This document shows positions 45,241-60,197 of a stretch of DNA of 64,000 nucleotides, piece by piece (position 1 is the stretch's first letter; every line of letters begins with the position of its first letter). The translations under genes and the position numbers were made by a program. The stretch lies in contig OZ024740.1 of assembly GCA_964016885.1 (NCBI GenBank), forward strand, positions 82,708,001 through 82,772,000, written 5' to 3'. This stretch comes from Eledone cirrhosa. Lineage: Eukaryota. The notes under the pieces are model-generated. The model made no database searches. It saw only the letters and a list, made by a program, of their open reading frames with translations, and had not been told where the DNA came from.

Positions 45241-45404
45241 TATATATATATATGGGGTTTAACGTTAAAAAGACATAAAACAATGTTTAGTACATAATTA
45301 ACCTATTGTCTTTCGACTGTTTTGAATGGCAATATCAACTAAGACATTATGGATATATTGACTTATTGACATCAGCTACGTACTAGTCTCGATAATATAT
45401 ATTA

Positions 45405-45436
<32 letters not shown>

Positions 45437-47911
45437 ACACACACACACCAACATTTCATGTGAGCAGATATCCCTTATTTAGTTCATGTAGCTTAGTGTC
45501 ATCACTGACTCTAACCCACTTCATGCCTATATTTTCATGCCTATATTTATTGTCTACGTTTTTTGTACGTGGTATTTATTCAAGTTGGTACTGTAATATT
45601 TGCTAATGCTAGTATATTCATCATGCAATTTCTAAGATAATGAACGTTTGTATTTTCATATATATAGGGTCGTGGTACATGTGTGGATAATGAAACCTAC
45701 TTGTTTTTTAGGAGTTCCGTTTATACATCTGTGTATATGTATGTCCATATTTGTGCACGTCTATGGATCAGGTTACTTAAATAGTGTGTCCGTGTAACTT
45801 GCGATATTGATTAGCTGTCGAAATGATGAGAAATATGAAATGTGGTATGTGGAAATTTGTTGGCGTTAGAAATGAAGGTGAAATTATGTGGTATAGTCAT
45901 TATCTCATAACCGCTTGCTAACGATATTCCTCATCGTATGAATCAGCGTCATGGCAAAGCAATAGCTTATCTGCATGCGTTACTCATAAATATTTAATAT
46001 GAATATCCACGAAAAATATTTAGCTGTTTAAAATAATTACATGCTTCTCGATATAGTATCAACTACAAACTGAAGGAAAATAGTCAGATCGCCGTCGCAT
46101 AAAACGCAGCACTCCATAATATTTGAAAATTGCATAATGTCCCGCAAATAATATGTTTGGAAAGAGATTGGCTATTTTTGCTGGCAAACATTTAGAGAAA
46201 ATTATAATCCTTTCCGTTTAATAACCTACTGTAGAAGGATTTCATTTTCTTAATTATATTCCGATCTCCAAGTATGAACAGCTATTTACTAAAAACAAAT
46301 TTCTCATATCTCAAACATTAATTCAGAAAAAATGCAAAAGTAGCTCAATGAATGTGTTAGAAATATCAGGAACAAAAAAATAACTATTGAAAAAAGTATT
46401 ACATCAGATATCAAATTGATTTAAGGTATGGATATTACAAATTGTAATATATGTTTTCACATGTCTACATATTCTCAGATAACCTGTTCATGAACATATC
46501 CATGACACAAAAGATAAGAAATGGTGAAAGGTAGGGAGTAAAATGCAGAATACACACGCTCACATGTAAGTGGGCTTTATACATCTCTCACTCTCTATCT
46601 CACTCACTCTCCTACTCTCTATCTCTCTCATGCATACGCACACGAACGCACACACACACACACACATATATCTATATCTATCTATGTCTTTCTCTCTCAC
46701 TATATATACACATAAGTAAGCTGTTCGCTCTTACGTAACTCTAATACATATCAGTATGATTATTTCGTATATCTAGTGATATACGGTATGTTTATGAATA
46801 AATATTTGAAAGCCCTCAGCTATGAATTTTGGAAACCGATAACGTAGCGCCATCTAGCGGATTCCAGGAGAAGCAAGGTTAAGTAACTGCCTTCGGCGAT
46901 CGTCATGTCTGACTCTGGTTGTTAACAAGAGAGTGCTCCTTTATTCTGTTCTCTGCTTGAACTCATTATCGGCGACAACATTTACTTTTGACACATATGT
47001 ACATGGGCTGATTAGCTTCCTTTGCATATAGATCTGTTGGCCAGATCGACCGGAAAATAGAGTTAAATTGTTCACTCTTAACATAGCCACTGCTGCATTT
47101 TGCAATTGGATAAAATTGTCAAATATTAAAAGACAGGTTTAGTTTTATTTTTGTATGTTGATCATTGAACATCCAATCACTTTTCATGACCATATATATG
47201 TATATGTTATGTATAAATGTGGTGATCTGACCGTGACTTAAATATAGCCATGATCTTCCAGCCGTGAATCCAGAAATGGACAGCATGTTTTCTTGCACCG
47301 CCTCATAGGGACCGACATCGGCAGGAAAGCTAAACGTGGCTGCAAGTATATTTCGGGCTTTAAAATTTCGATATATACTCAGGGATATTTAAAGCCTTCA
47401 TGAGAAAATTGGTCTCATGTGTGTTGTGATTACGAAAGCATTCACATATAAAATAGTTAGCAGCTTCCAATGGACAGAAAATCGAAAAACATTGAAGCTG
47501 CTGTGGTACAGGTAATTCAAAGCATTGTGTGATACACAAATAAATCTGATCATCTCAATATATTAGTAATACATCATGAATCAACTCGGACGCTTTCTCA
47601 CCGGTTCAGGAATCAGCCTCGAAAGTGTTATCAATGTTTCCGTTGCATTTTTCTCCAGCTTTAATGAAAATGTAGTGCAATTTCAGAATTCATCCTATTG
47701 AAACGTCGTGTGAGCTTCCACCAGTGTCATTACCAATCTTCCATATCATCATCGCAGAAATATAGACAGTATCATACACGTTACATCTGTTGTTAGCATC
47801 AGTACGTCTTATCCCATCATTAGGCATTATATCTTCTCATATTTCCGAGCTGTGCAAATGGAGCAGCTGCTCTTAAAATTCACCGTCGTTACATTAGAAT
47901 AATATTACTGA

Positions 47912-49235
47912 CTAGCAGAATCACCCGGCATTACTGGGGATTCTAAACATAGATTGCCATGTTTATCCCTCCTTTCTGAAACAGTACAGAGAAGTACAGA
48001 TAACCATGGCCTTACGACCGTCGAATAGCAGATTCCACTGACGGTTCGTTTGCCCGCCGTGTTCTTTTTCTTGCCGCTTTCGCAGTATTTCGGTCAATGG
48101 AGTATCTCTTCGTTCAATGCATGACCTAAAAGCAGGACGAAGTACACTAAGACTAACTGGTAGAGTAAGGAGTAAACTGGTCAGTGAGGCATGTGATTTC
48201 CGAACCGTTGACTATGTAATTATTAAGCCATGAGTGCCGTCTTAACCGCGGCGCGAGGTTATAGCCGTGTATCTATCTGCATTACGACATTATGAAAACA
48301 TTGACTTCGCTATATGTGTGTGTGTGTATATGTATATATAGTGTGTGTATATATATATATATATATATATGATAATAAGGGCGCTGCGGAGTTGCAAATG
48401 GGTTACATATGAAGAAAGTTTGTCCTTCATCAGTGATCTTCCAACCATCATGGGCATTTCATCGCTTTAAAGACCATATACCTCCGGTTGGTGCGAGCAA
48501 CGGCTAAAAAAAGTCGTTTGGACACGTAAATAAAGGGGACGCGAGTGTAAACAAACAAAATGGTGAAGCAACAGAAAGTGAGGAAGAAGGAGACAAGTCC
48601 CAAATTTCTATGAATTTAAATTCGGTGAAATCGTGAACGAGAGAATAAAGACCATCAAACCTGGTTAAAATGTGAGCAAGGAAGGAATTTCGCGCAGGTC
48701 GAACGGGAGGAAGAAGGGCTCTGGTCTGCGAGTTATATATATAGTGTGTTAGTCGAACCAAAGAGGGCTCGATAAGGATAAATATATATCAAATATATAA
48801 GAACCCTAAAGCAAATATTGTTCCCATTGCTGACGTATTATCTTCGCTTTTTTCTGTTCTTTGCCAGGCAAGGTCTTCACGAACCAGAGAATCGTCTTTC
48901 TGTTTTACTTCGGCTGCAACGTTTTTAGAAATGTTTACTTCTGTGTTTTATATTTTCATAATGTCGTAAGGCAGACAGCCAGAGATAGAGACAGATATTA
49001 TAAGAGCACGACGTTATAGCAGTGTATCTATCTAAAATGACAGACTAAGAAAGAGAGAGATCTCTAACCGGCGCCTGATGCGGTCTCTAGATCATTGAAC
49101 ATTTGAAATAAGTTTTGCTCAAAACACTCCCTTGGCCATAAGTATTATATGTGTAAAGATGAAAAAAATCGGTTGGGTGGTTCTCGAGTTTTAGGGAGAC
49201 AGGCAGACAGACAATATCTCTTTTAGATATGTAGA
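47912..49235 (-). mobile_element. Non-autonomous Helitron (second family)
   Basis: Minus strand starts TCTACATAT.. with tgtctgtctg nearby and ends cccagtaatgccggg-tgattctg-CTAG. Confidence 0.72.
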
Positions 49236-49695
49236 TAATCACCCTATGTACGTTCATTTGTGTCTCTTGCTGATAGTTACCGTATGTGCGTTAAAATTAG
49301 GTGACAATATATTACTATACAGACATTTAAATCATGACAGATCATTTCAATAAGATGAGATATATTGTGTATCGAGTACAATTTTTACATTCTGTTTATA
49401 ACGTTAATCCAAAATCACATTTGAGTATAATCCAATAATAAGAAAAGGTCCAATACATATGGACTTGTGATTTTCTAATACACAATTAAATTAATATATT
49501 TTCTATACACGCCACGAGAAAACTTAATCATATACAAATTGCATTTATTTAACGTACATATGCTTCAGTTAATTAAATAATACGGAATGTAGGAAACCTC
49601 ATGCATACTTTTTACATGTTTCAGCTTTATTATATGTACGGTATATTTTTGATATAGTACATTTGTTTGCTTAAATATAATCACGCGGGCATATA

Positions 49696-49782
<87 letters not shown>

Positions 49783-49866
49783 AAAGTTATACTTAAATTG
49801 TTGGGTTACAACTAGTAAATATTTATAACTGATATAAAAGCACTCGACAAGTATTTGGAGTATATT

Positions 49867-52037
49867 TACAATATTAAATAATTGGAAACTATATTTATAA
49901 AACCATATTTATTTCATTATATATATTTCAGGGATATCATATTAACAATATGCTATGCCTTCCTCAGACAAAATACAATATAAACAGTTTTATAGATAAA
50001 TAGATTTGACATACCGTAACAACATCGACTTGTATTTGAAAAAGTTGAATTGGCAGTGAAAAAATTGTACACAGAGAGAAAGAAAGAGAGAAAAAAGAAA
50101 AGAAAGACAGAAAACGAAGAAAAATAAGAAAAAGAAGAAATGCATGGAACAAAATAGAGAGATGGAAAGATAGATAAAGAGAAGAACTTCATGTAAAGAA
50201 ACAGAGAGAGATATATATATAGAGAGAGAGAGGAAATAGAGATAGATACATATATATAGGAAAATAGGTAGTGGGACGTCCGTTGAGTAAACGTATCAAT
50301 GATACATTTATTTATTTATTTATTTATTTAGCTCTAGTATTAATGTAAGGGAGATATATGGAGAGAAACTAGCTGTTATATAGAGAGAAAAATTTAAAAA
50401 TAACCAGACATAGGCGAGGCGTAAAAACCCTATGTTTTAATGTAGAGGTATTAGTATGTATAAAACCAGCCACTATATTGTAAATATCAGTATTCCTGAA
50501 TGAGACATGTAACCATAATGTGTGAACAGTAATGATCTTATGTTTAGTTTTTTAAAAAATGCATATGTTTATGTGATAACTACTAACATCTATGTGAATT
50601 TACATGATCAACTCTGCAAACCCTAAGTTCACGGAAAACATTCTCATTGTGGTATAAACATTTAAGTATACATATATGTGTATATATATATACACACAAA
50701 TATATATAGGGTCAATATTACTACTATTCCTGTCTTTACTCTACAAGATTATATATCAAGCAGAAATAAAGAGCAGATTTCAATATACTAATAAAAATAT
50801 ATATCAGAAACAAAACTAAAAAATAACAATAATAATAATAAGTAATAATAAAATATAAAACTAAAAACTATTACGAAAGAATATTACATATTAAAAATAT
50901 TACATATTAAAAATATTAAAAATAAAAATATTAGAAAATACTACAATAATAAAAAATTATTATTGTAGTATTTTCTAATATTTTTATTTTTAATATTTTT
51001 AATATGTAATATTTTTAATATGTAATATTCTTTCGTAATATTTTTTAGTTTTATATTTTATTATTACTTATTATTATTATTGTTATTTTTTAGTTTTGTT
51101 TCTGATATATATTTTTATTAGTATATTGAAATCTGCTCTTTATTTCTGCTTGATAGATAATCTTGTAGAGTAAAGACAGGAATAGTAGTAATATTGACCC
51201 TATATATATTTGTGTGTATATATATACACATATATGTATACTTAAATTTTTATACCACAATGAGAATGTTTTCCGTGAATTTAGGGTTTGCAGAGTTGAT
51301 CATGTAAATTCACATAGATGTTTGTAGTTATCACATAAACATATGAATTTTTTAAAAAAACTAAACATAAGATCATTACTTTTCACACATTATGGTTACA
51401 TGTCTCATTCAGGAATACTGATATTTACAATATAGTGGCTGGTTTTATACATACTAATACCTCTACATTAAAACATAGGGTTTTTACGCCTCGCCTATGT
51501 CTGGTTATTTTTAAATTTTTCTCTCTATATAACAGCTGGTTTCTCTCCATATATCTCCCTTACATTAATACTAGAGCTAAATAAATAAATAAATAAATAA
51601 ATGTATCATTGATACGTTTACTCAACGGACGTCCCACTACCTAGTTTTCTATATATATGTATCTATCTCTATTTCCTCTCTCTCTATATATATATATATC
51701 TCTCTCTGTTTCTTTACATGAAGTTCTTCTCTTTATCTATCTTTCCATCTCTCTATTTTGTTCCATGCATTTCTTCTTTTTCTTCTTTTTCTTCGTTTTC
51801 TGTCTTCCTTTTCTTTTTTCTCTCTTTCTTTCTCTCTGTGTACAATTTTTTCACTGCCAATTCAACTTTTTCAAATACAAGTCGATGTTGTTACGGTATG
51901 TCAAATCTATTTATCTATAAAACTGTTTATATTGTATTTTGTCTGAGGAAGGCATAGCATATTGTTAATATGATATCCCTGAAATATATATAATGAAATA
52001 AATATGGTTTTATAAATATAGTTTCCATTTATTTAAT

Positions 52038-52042
<5 letters not shown>
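49867..52042. repeat. 2.2-kb palindrome (~1.09-kb arms, 4-nt loop at 50953-50956) between two (TA)n tracts
   Basis: The arms are reverse complements with scattered mismatches. The ORF track shows near-identical peptides at 49953-50192(-) and 51718-51957(+). Confidence 0.95.
51939..51993 (+). ncRNA. Hammerhead-like motif (mirror copy at 49917-49971, minus)
   Basis: ttgt-CTGAGGA-agg..catatt(gtt)aatatg..cct-GAAA-tatat-ataa; the cleavage-site register is one nucleotide short. Confidence 0.55.
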
Positions 52043-52100
<58 letters not shown>

Positions 52101-52105
<5 letters not shown>

Positions 52106-52620
52106 TATACTTGGGGAGGGTCATATTTGTGTAATATTGCCAGAATTAATAACAGAACACACTCACTGTTTGGTTGGTTTTCGCTTCTCGCTGTCTTTCA
52201 TATATATATATCTGCGATCTAACTTACTCGGTCCTCAATGTTGCCATTGACTGACCGACGGTCAAAAATAATACAGATACAATATAGACACAAACACATA
52301 TATAGAGTTTACATAATTTACAAAAATCTTTCGTTGCACATCTGCAAAATCGTCAGTGGTGTTATATTTTCCTCCTGTTGTGTTGCATGTCTACGCCACT
52401 TCTTATTCAGTCTGTCTATATATTTATTTATTTATTTATTTATGTGCTTGTTTGTTTATTTTATTTTGTTCTCTTTGCGCATGCGTTTGCGTGTGTGTAT
52501 AGTGTTATGTTTGCTGTGTGACTAGTGTGTATAGTGTTATGTTTGCTGGGTGACTAGTGTGTGTTTATGTGCTTGTTGTTATTGTGCTTGTGTATGATAT
52601 TTATTTATCTTATTTCATAT
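52101..52620 (-). mobile_element. PLE 3' UTR related to 37456-37890, with an HHR-like motif at 52319-52360
   Basis: Shares atgaccctccc(c)aagt.taacaat and ccaacc motifs. Minus strand: cca-CTGACGA-ttttgca(gatg)tgcaac-GAAA-gat. Confidence 0.6.
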
Positions 52621-52764
52621 ATATATAGAATGCTATATAACTGCTCTGTAGAACAACTGATGTTATTACATTGAGCTATTTATCTTACTGTTAATAAGGT
52701 AGTAATAAATTACTGAACCTTCACTGTTTAAGGTTTAAAATATATATAACTATAAATAGTATCC

Positions 52765-52856
<92 letters not shown>

Positions 52857-54392
52857 GGGGAGGGTGTGATCGAATTTGGATGTATGTTTATTCCCGAGTT
52901 TGCGTGTGATTCCCTGTGTGTGCATGCTTGTGAGTTAGTGTCCGTGTGTACGTGACTGAAAAGATTATTATATGCACAGGGTAAATATATTGTACCTTCA
53001 CCATTAATTATTCTCTCTAAACTTCTGATACTCTACATATTGTTTCCATATCTTAGGAGAACACTGATATGATAATTATTGGTTATCTATTGGTTTTAAA
53101 GACAAGATGACAGGGAATCGACCTCTCTCGTCATATTGCACATACGCGTATGTTACATATGGCTGCCTATTCTACATACGCTGTACTATAAACGTATTAA
53201 ACATAACTGAATATCTAGAAAATACTGGGTACTTTAACTACGCATACAATAGCTTCGACAGGGCTGCACGTGGTTTCTATTCATGCGACTTCACGTAAAT
53301 CTCGGTGAAAGACCAGATTTTATGTTTGCAAAGACAGCATGTTAATCACTCAGATATATTTATATTAGTAAGTATGTGACTGAACCATATATATATAAAT
53401 CGGACTGGATTTATTATTATCGTACAAAAACAACAAACTAATCGCTACTCCACTAGTCTTAAATGGTAAATGGAGTTACCATACGTCTTAGTGTAGATGA
53501 AATCGAAAGCGGCCCTTAACTCATCCTTTCCCTTGCCCATGTCCGCTATATCAAATTAGCTGCACCTTATTTATGCCTATTAATATGAGTGAGCTATTCC
53601 TTTGATGCACCCACTGGCGATCTGAAAGTCCATTTTCTGTCCGAGCTTTGGGGGGATTCGACCTCATAACCTTGTCCCCTGTCTTCTGATGTATGCTCAA
53701 GTTGTTTTTTGGCAAACTTGTAACATCAGTTGAGTGCTACGTCAGTGAGACCAAGTTGGGCAATAAGCCACTTCGTTGAGTATTTTTCATTTCGACGTCC
53801 TTGGTCTCCACTCGTATGTTAATGGAGGCCAGGGAACATACTGGATAATCTTTAACACGTTAATGTTATTGTATTTCCCTGACTGGATGTTACACACTGT
53901 AATGTAGAGTTGAAGTTAAGCTTCTACATTTAATGTTTATATATTTTTCTTCTAAAACCGAATAATTTTGTTACAATAATGATAGATTAAAAAATATCTC
54001 CGAAACAAATGTATTGTATACTAAGTGTTACCCACTATATACTTGTACACAAAGATTAAATGGATTTCAAGAACAATTTATATATTAGATATTGTCCATT
54101 TATTGATGGAGCAATATAATAATATATTTAAATTTTAATGTATTTTCCTAAATTTCCAGCTATAATATTTATTAAATCCTTATCATATACACTTTTACAT
54201 TCACTATTATAATAAAACGTGTCCTCGTATTCTCCTGTTTTAAGCCCCTCTGTATGCATTGGTTTATATTACATCTAATGCAATACAAATCAAACGTCTT
54301 TCATCGTACAACTTAGCATAGTCTATGTAGTTGATCAGTACCGATGTGACGCTCACACACACATTCACACGCACACACAGACACATACACGT

Positions 54393-54504
<112 letters not shown>

Positions 54505-55357
54505 GTGTATGTGTGTGTGTGTGCGTGTGTTCGAGTACTCAAATTGTTTTAAGCCATTAGCTCATAATTTATTTCATAATCTAACGATGAATTGAACACG
54601 TATTTTCAACAACTTATTTTAAACACGTAAATTCAACAACTTCGTTTATTAATTCAGTATCTTTTTCTCCGACCCGCCCTTTGTATATTCCGCTTTCAGT
54701 TTTGCAAATAGGAGTTGATGAAATTCCCTGATGATCAAATAATGTCTTCGTTCACAATTGCTTGTCAGTTACATGTTATGTTCTTTCGACTTAGCCGTGC
54801 TTTATTTATTGATTGTGAATCAATCACAGATACGCCTTGTTAATCAAACATGGGTAAAGATGACATGCATTCGCTATATTATGAGTGAATGTAAAATATC
54901 ACATTGATGTTATACTTAGCAAATCGTTGAAATATAGTATTGCTTTTATGTTCTGATTATAAAATGTTATACGTCCACATCACATGAATTACTCTCTCCG
55001 TTTCTTTCACAGAGAGGTGAGTTAAAGTGGAGACAACGAGGGAAGAAAGGACTAACTCTCTCACGGGCCATACTGTGTTATAGAAAGTTCCTCTCCGAGG
55101 TTCTTTTCGAACTTCTTGATAATAGATTGTGCATCCGAAATAATGAGACAAACCTCTAGCTTTTCCGTTTCTATTTTTTGCTTCCCCGTCTCCATTCATC
55201 CACACCCATCTGTTTCGTTTCATGATTGTGTTTCCTTAATACATACAATAGCGTCTGTATTGTGGCGGCCTCCAAATCCTAAATAATTGACATACTCACA
55301 ATGCTTAAAGCAAACTATAATACTTCGTATATATATATATGTGTGTTTGTGTGTGGG

Positions 55358-55402
<45 letters not shown>

Positions 55403-55484
55403 TAAGTACACACTCATACACACACACACACACACATACACCCACACACACACACACACACATAGACACACACACACGCATATA

Positions 55485-58006
55485 TCTATATATATAGAGG
55501 GAAGATGGACATTGTTTGGTGTTCGGAACTTTCATGCTACACCGTTCATCCATTTTCATGAAACCTCACACATATATAAAGCTCAACGCGTAGTGTGGAA
55601 TAGGCTACATGAAATTTTCAAAAAATCGATAATCGGGCCCTATGACAGAATGTTTTTCGATTCCAATGAAATGTTATGTGAATTCGAACACAAGAACTCT
55701 TAGTTTACATCCATCTGGCGCAATAAAAATAAATTGCATATGCCCATATAAGGACGTGCGTTATTGATTGGACGGCCAGCTGCATGTCTTCCCAGCTGTC
55801 TCAGTAAACGACTGACCATTAAAGAGTTTATCTTTTTATATTCCACCTTATTCAAGTGGAAATACAGTATTATCCCTATCTGAAAAGGGAACCAAATTTA
55901 ATGGTGTCTTTTGTGATGCTAAAAGCTGTGAGTAAATTTTCAAACAGTCTTAAATAATCATGCTTTTTGAAAAAAAAATTACTAAATAATACGTTGACCA
56001 AGTTGTATTGTACACATACAAAGTTGTAAAATATGTTACGTCGTACCAATATTTTCCTTTTTTAAACAAAAGATTCTAAAATATTACTTAATTTATAATA
56101 CAGTCTTTTGCACAGGTAGTGAGTAACTTTTCGGGTGTTTAAACGTAAGTTCACCAGGGTTTATGTCTTCATTATTAGCCCACCTCTAATGGCATTTTTT
56201 GTTCTGCTTACGACTAAATGTTATGAGCGTATTTGCAATTAATTGCGCACACGTGCACACCTGCATGCAGATAGACACTGACAGCCAATAAAAAATCGAT
56301 AACTTGCTTATTAAGATATCGGTCAAAAAGAGAGATTGAATGTACTTTAGAACATTTTTTGAATATATTGTTCTTTTTGGCATGATATGTCAGAAATATA
56401 GCTACTACACACTTTGGTTATTTTTTGTAACTAAAAAACGGTTCCTTTTGGGTGAATACTTAACGAGAAAAATCCTAGGGTTTTGGACAAGTTTGTTTCA
56501 GGCGCTGTATAGACGCCTATTTTGTCACACCTTGGTCATGAATTCGTAATCTTTTCCAATAGATATTTTCCGCTCTATAATGCTCACCAGGATATAAGGC
56601 GTATCATTTAAAATCACGTCCGCGCAACGGCGTGTAAGGCCAACCAGGAAAATGCTATCTTCTTTACATTTAGTCTAGATTGATTACTTCTGTTAGAGCC
56701 GTGAATGATTACCATTGTATTATTTATACATAAGGCTCACCGGAGTATAAAGCGCAGAGCTATTTTTTGATTAAATTTAATTATTTTAAGTGCAATTTAT
56801 AGACCGGAAAATTTGGTACGTTATTGTAATCATATTTCCAAACCTTCCCATTCACCAGTAACCATGCTAACGAATCTGTGTCATCTCTCTCTGTATTTAA
56901 TCACCTCTCTCTAACCTAACAGATTCGTTACACGTCGTTATGCCCACACGGAAACGTTCAAGACTTACCTCCAAAAAAGGTACAGTTACTTCTTTGAGAC
57001 AACGAATTAGCCGTTCTCAGGTATGAGTTCATTCACAATTGATTAATCCTTTATGCAATATTCTCCCTTAATGTTAGCAAGTACTGCGTTTATCCTAACT
57101 GTCACCACTTTTAAGCAACTACAACATTCTAATCGTAGTTATATTAAATTTATTGTCTTACCTTGATTCCCTTTTCTTCATGTTAGACTTTTCTAATTTA
57201 CTATTGACACTGCCATTGGCTTAGCTAACCAGTAGAATTAATTAATTTTCTCTAGGAAACACCTGCTGAGGGCGAATCTCGACTCGCTGGTAGACGTCTT
57301 TCCCGGCTGGTTGAGTCACCAACATCACGTACGACAAGGTTTGCTGATGTTCGCCTTCCTCGCCAACAAGTGCTGACGGAGGAATCACCAACATCCCGTC
57401 AGACAAGGCTTGAGGCTGTGGCAAAGGGCAATACCCGTAGATACAATTTTGATCAACTTTTTTTCAACTATAGCAAATTTACCGGGACAGGTTTTTAGCT
57501 ACTCAAATCCACTTCAGAGATCACACATTGGTGTAAAAAATCAATAAAACTGAAGCGGGGCTCGACTTTGCGCAAAAAAACAAGGTAAAGTTGCACATGG
57601 GAAGACCTTTTACAGGAACGTCCTATATTCTTGAAAACTGTCACAAAAGACTCACCATTATGCCGCGGTTAAGATAAAGGCCTTTTAATTCTTCTTCTGC
57701 ACATGTGAGCGCAAAAATTGTAAAAAAAAAAAGAACCCTGAAGGGTAATCGACAATTTCACCCTGCTTTAAATTAACTGAACATTCAATATCAAGTGATT
57801 TTGACTTCCGTCAGTCGCGCAAAGAACAATTTCAACGATACACTGTGTAACTACAATTAATAAATTACACACCTGTGTCTACTAACCTATTCTTTTTCAT
57901 TGAAGTTCGGAGTTTTGAACCTGTGATGCGCTGGGAAGTAACTTTCACACATTCTAACAGACCAAAGGTCGACTTACACCCGGGCAACGCCGGGTACTTC
58001 TGCTAG
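55485..58006 (+). mobile_element. Non-autonomous Helitron, copy 2 (longer)
   Basis: Same termini and body as 11937-13885, plus extra segments at 57190-57699 and about 57800-57857. Confidence 0.85.
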
Positions 58007-58299
58007 TATATATATATATATATTTGTGTGTGTGTGTGTATATATACATATCTGCATATATATGATCGATACGTTCGTGATTTAAAATTCTGTTACAATG
58101 TAATATTTACCAGACGGTAGAATTCTATTATTTTTATTTTTAGTATATATCGTATATATAGGACCTTCTGTACCAGACTTTACGATATTTGTGGGCTACA
58201 AAACGCAACACGACTAACGACTAGATAGAAGGGCATCTGTTCTCATCACACCCGCCGTTTAATATACATAGACAATGATAGAAACTATGCTCTTGCTAT

Positions 58300-58740
58300 T
58301 GCATGCTAAATCAAGTAGACAAACGAATTTAATCGCATGGTTGATGACATGTTAATTTGATCTTTATAACTCAAATACCTGCGATAACAGCTGCTCTAAT
58401 CACATGTATGTGTGCAGCAATCCTTTCCAATAGCCTTAATGTTGATTAAATATCGATTGACAATCAGTCTTCCAGCATATTTATTGATGCCATGTATTGA
58501 ACGTATTAAATATTAATATAGATATGCTTAGAGATTTGGTATAAGCATTAGAGATCACGATATTTTCTATGTCATGTTGAATTGCCCATTTTAACATTTC
58601 GATTTCGTTACAAAATTACCAGTTGTAAGTTCTTCGCGAAAACATGGTACATATTGTCATGCCATGTATGGTATTTCTAAAATATCGATGTTGTTCACAA
58701 AATCCAGATACAAATAACATAGTGAAGGCCGTAATACTTT
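58300..58740 (-). pseudogene. Possible ionotropic receptor S1-like remnant
   Basis: Minus strand AFTML..SGFC, then a frameshift, then IDILEI (58670-58730), resembling PFVM..GFCIDLL. Confidence 0.3.
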
Positions 58741-60197
58741 ACAATATCGCAATCGCACAGTTCAAATCCCATTAGATCGAAACAAACGTTGTTTTCTTGA
58801 TTCGATGAAATTGGCTGCATTTGGAGAATTGATTTGAGCTTAGAAAAATTATATATGATTATTATTTCTTTTCAATTAAATTGGATAAATGTATGTAAAA
58901 CCTAGTACACTGTATTTTGACAATTCGAAAAAGGATTTAATTTTAGCTGTGAGATGTAAATGGAACATTTTCGGTAAAAGTGTGTTATTGCAAAAATAGA
59001 AATAAAAACCAAATCCTAATATGTAAGAAATGGCCCTGAAACACATCTCGTTGTGCATTGTTGTACTTGTAGTCTTAGTTGATTTAATCTGCCTCTATTT
59101 TAGTTTTAAATGTTTTTTTAATGAAGATTCAAGTGATAAAGCCCTGTAGGGTTAGCGGAAGTGTTTCTACAAATCTATGACAAAAGTAACTATCACCCAC
59201 ACACTTTTAGCCTAGAGCATTTGAAGTTGTTAAATACGTTGGTAGAATTTGATTTATTCGTTGCCTACATTTATTTACAAAATATTTAAACTTTTAGGTA
59301 TCCGAGTTTACATAATAATTATTATTTCGTTAGGAGTGTAATGAATCGGCATAAATGTAAATATGGAATTCCGTAATGAGAAATAACGAATGAAAGTATC
59401 CTCAACAGGATAGTATGAAAAATGAAACGGATTTTCACTTTAATGTTCGTATCGCTTTCCTGTTTAATATAGGATTCAACAGTCAATATCGTTTTGCGGC
59501 AGAATACTGCAACGTTGACAATTATCCCGATTATAATACTAGCAGCATAGTATATAATGCAGATGGGCTAATAAGAATATTTATATATTTGCAACATATA
59601 TTTATCACTGTATGTTAGAAGTAGAAGTTTATATCATATATTTGAAGAGCTACACAATTTATAAGTATATGAAGTTGTAAATATTCATCAGAGATGAATT
59701 TATTTCTCTATCCGTAATACCATTAAGGAGCAAAATTTTATCGCTGTTAAATGGGTATAAACACATTTCAAGTATAGTTTATAAATAGGGAATTTGCACA
59801 TAAATTCGGGTTCAAATTATCTTCAGAAAGAAATCAAATAAAATTTAATTTCACGTTACGAACCTTTACTACATGTTATGTGATATATGTAGAGATTTGT
59901 AGTATTTAATAATTAGATCCCATTTACTTGGTAGTTAAAACTGATCAAAATCGCTGTTTGATATATTACAACGGATAATACACTTCAAACACTAAATAAA
60001 TTCTGATATCGCATCAAAGTCCTTCATGATTGTTGAATTGAAATTTCTCTCGAAAATTATCTTTCACACTCATGGTATTTTGGGGGTCTTTTAAGAGTGA
60101 CGCACTAATTATAGGAAACTACTAATATCTCGGTTATATATCTCAAAGCGTACAATGACCAACACACGTATCCCTTATAAGTATGTATATATATATA

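Noticed and set aside
49953-51957. Duplicated hydrophobic 79-aa ORFs on opposite strands
   Set aside because: A by-product of the palindrome over a CT-rich low-complexity tract.
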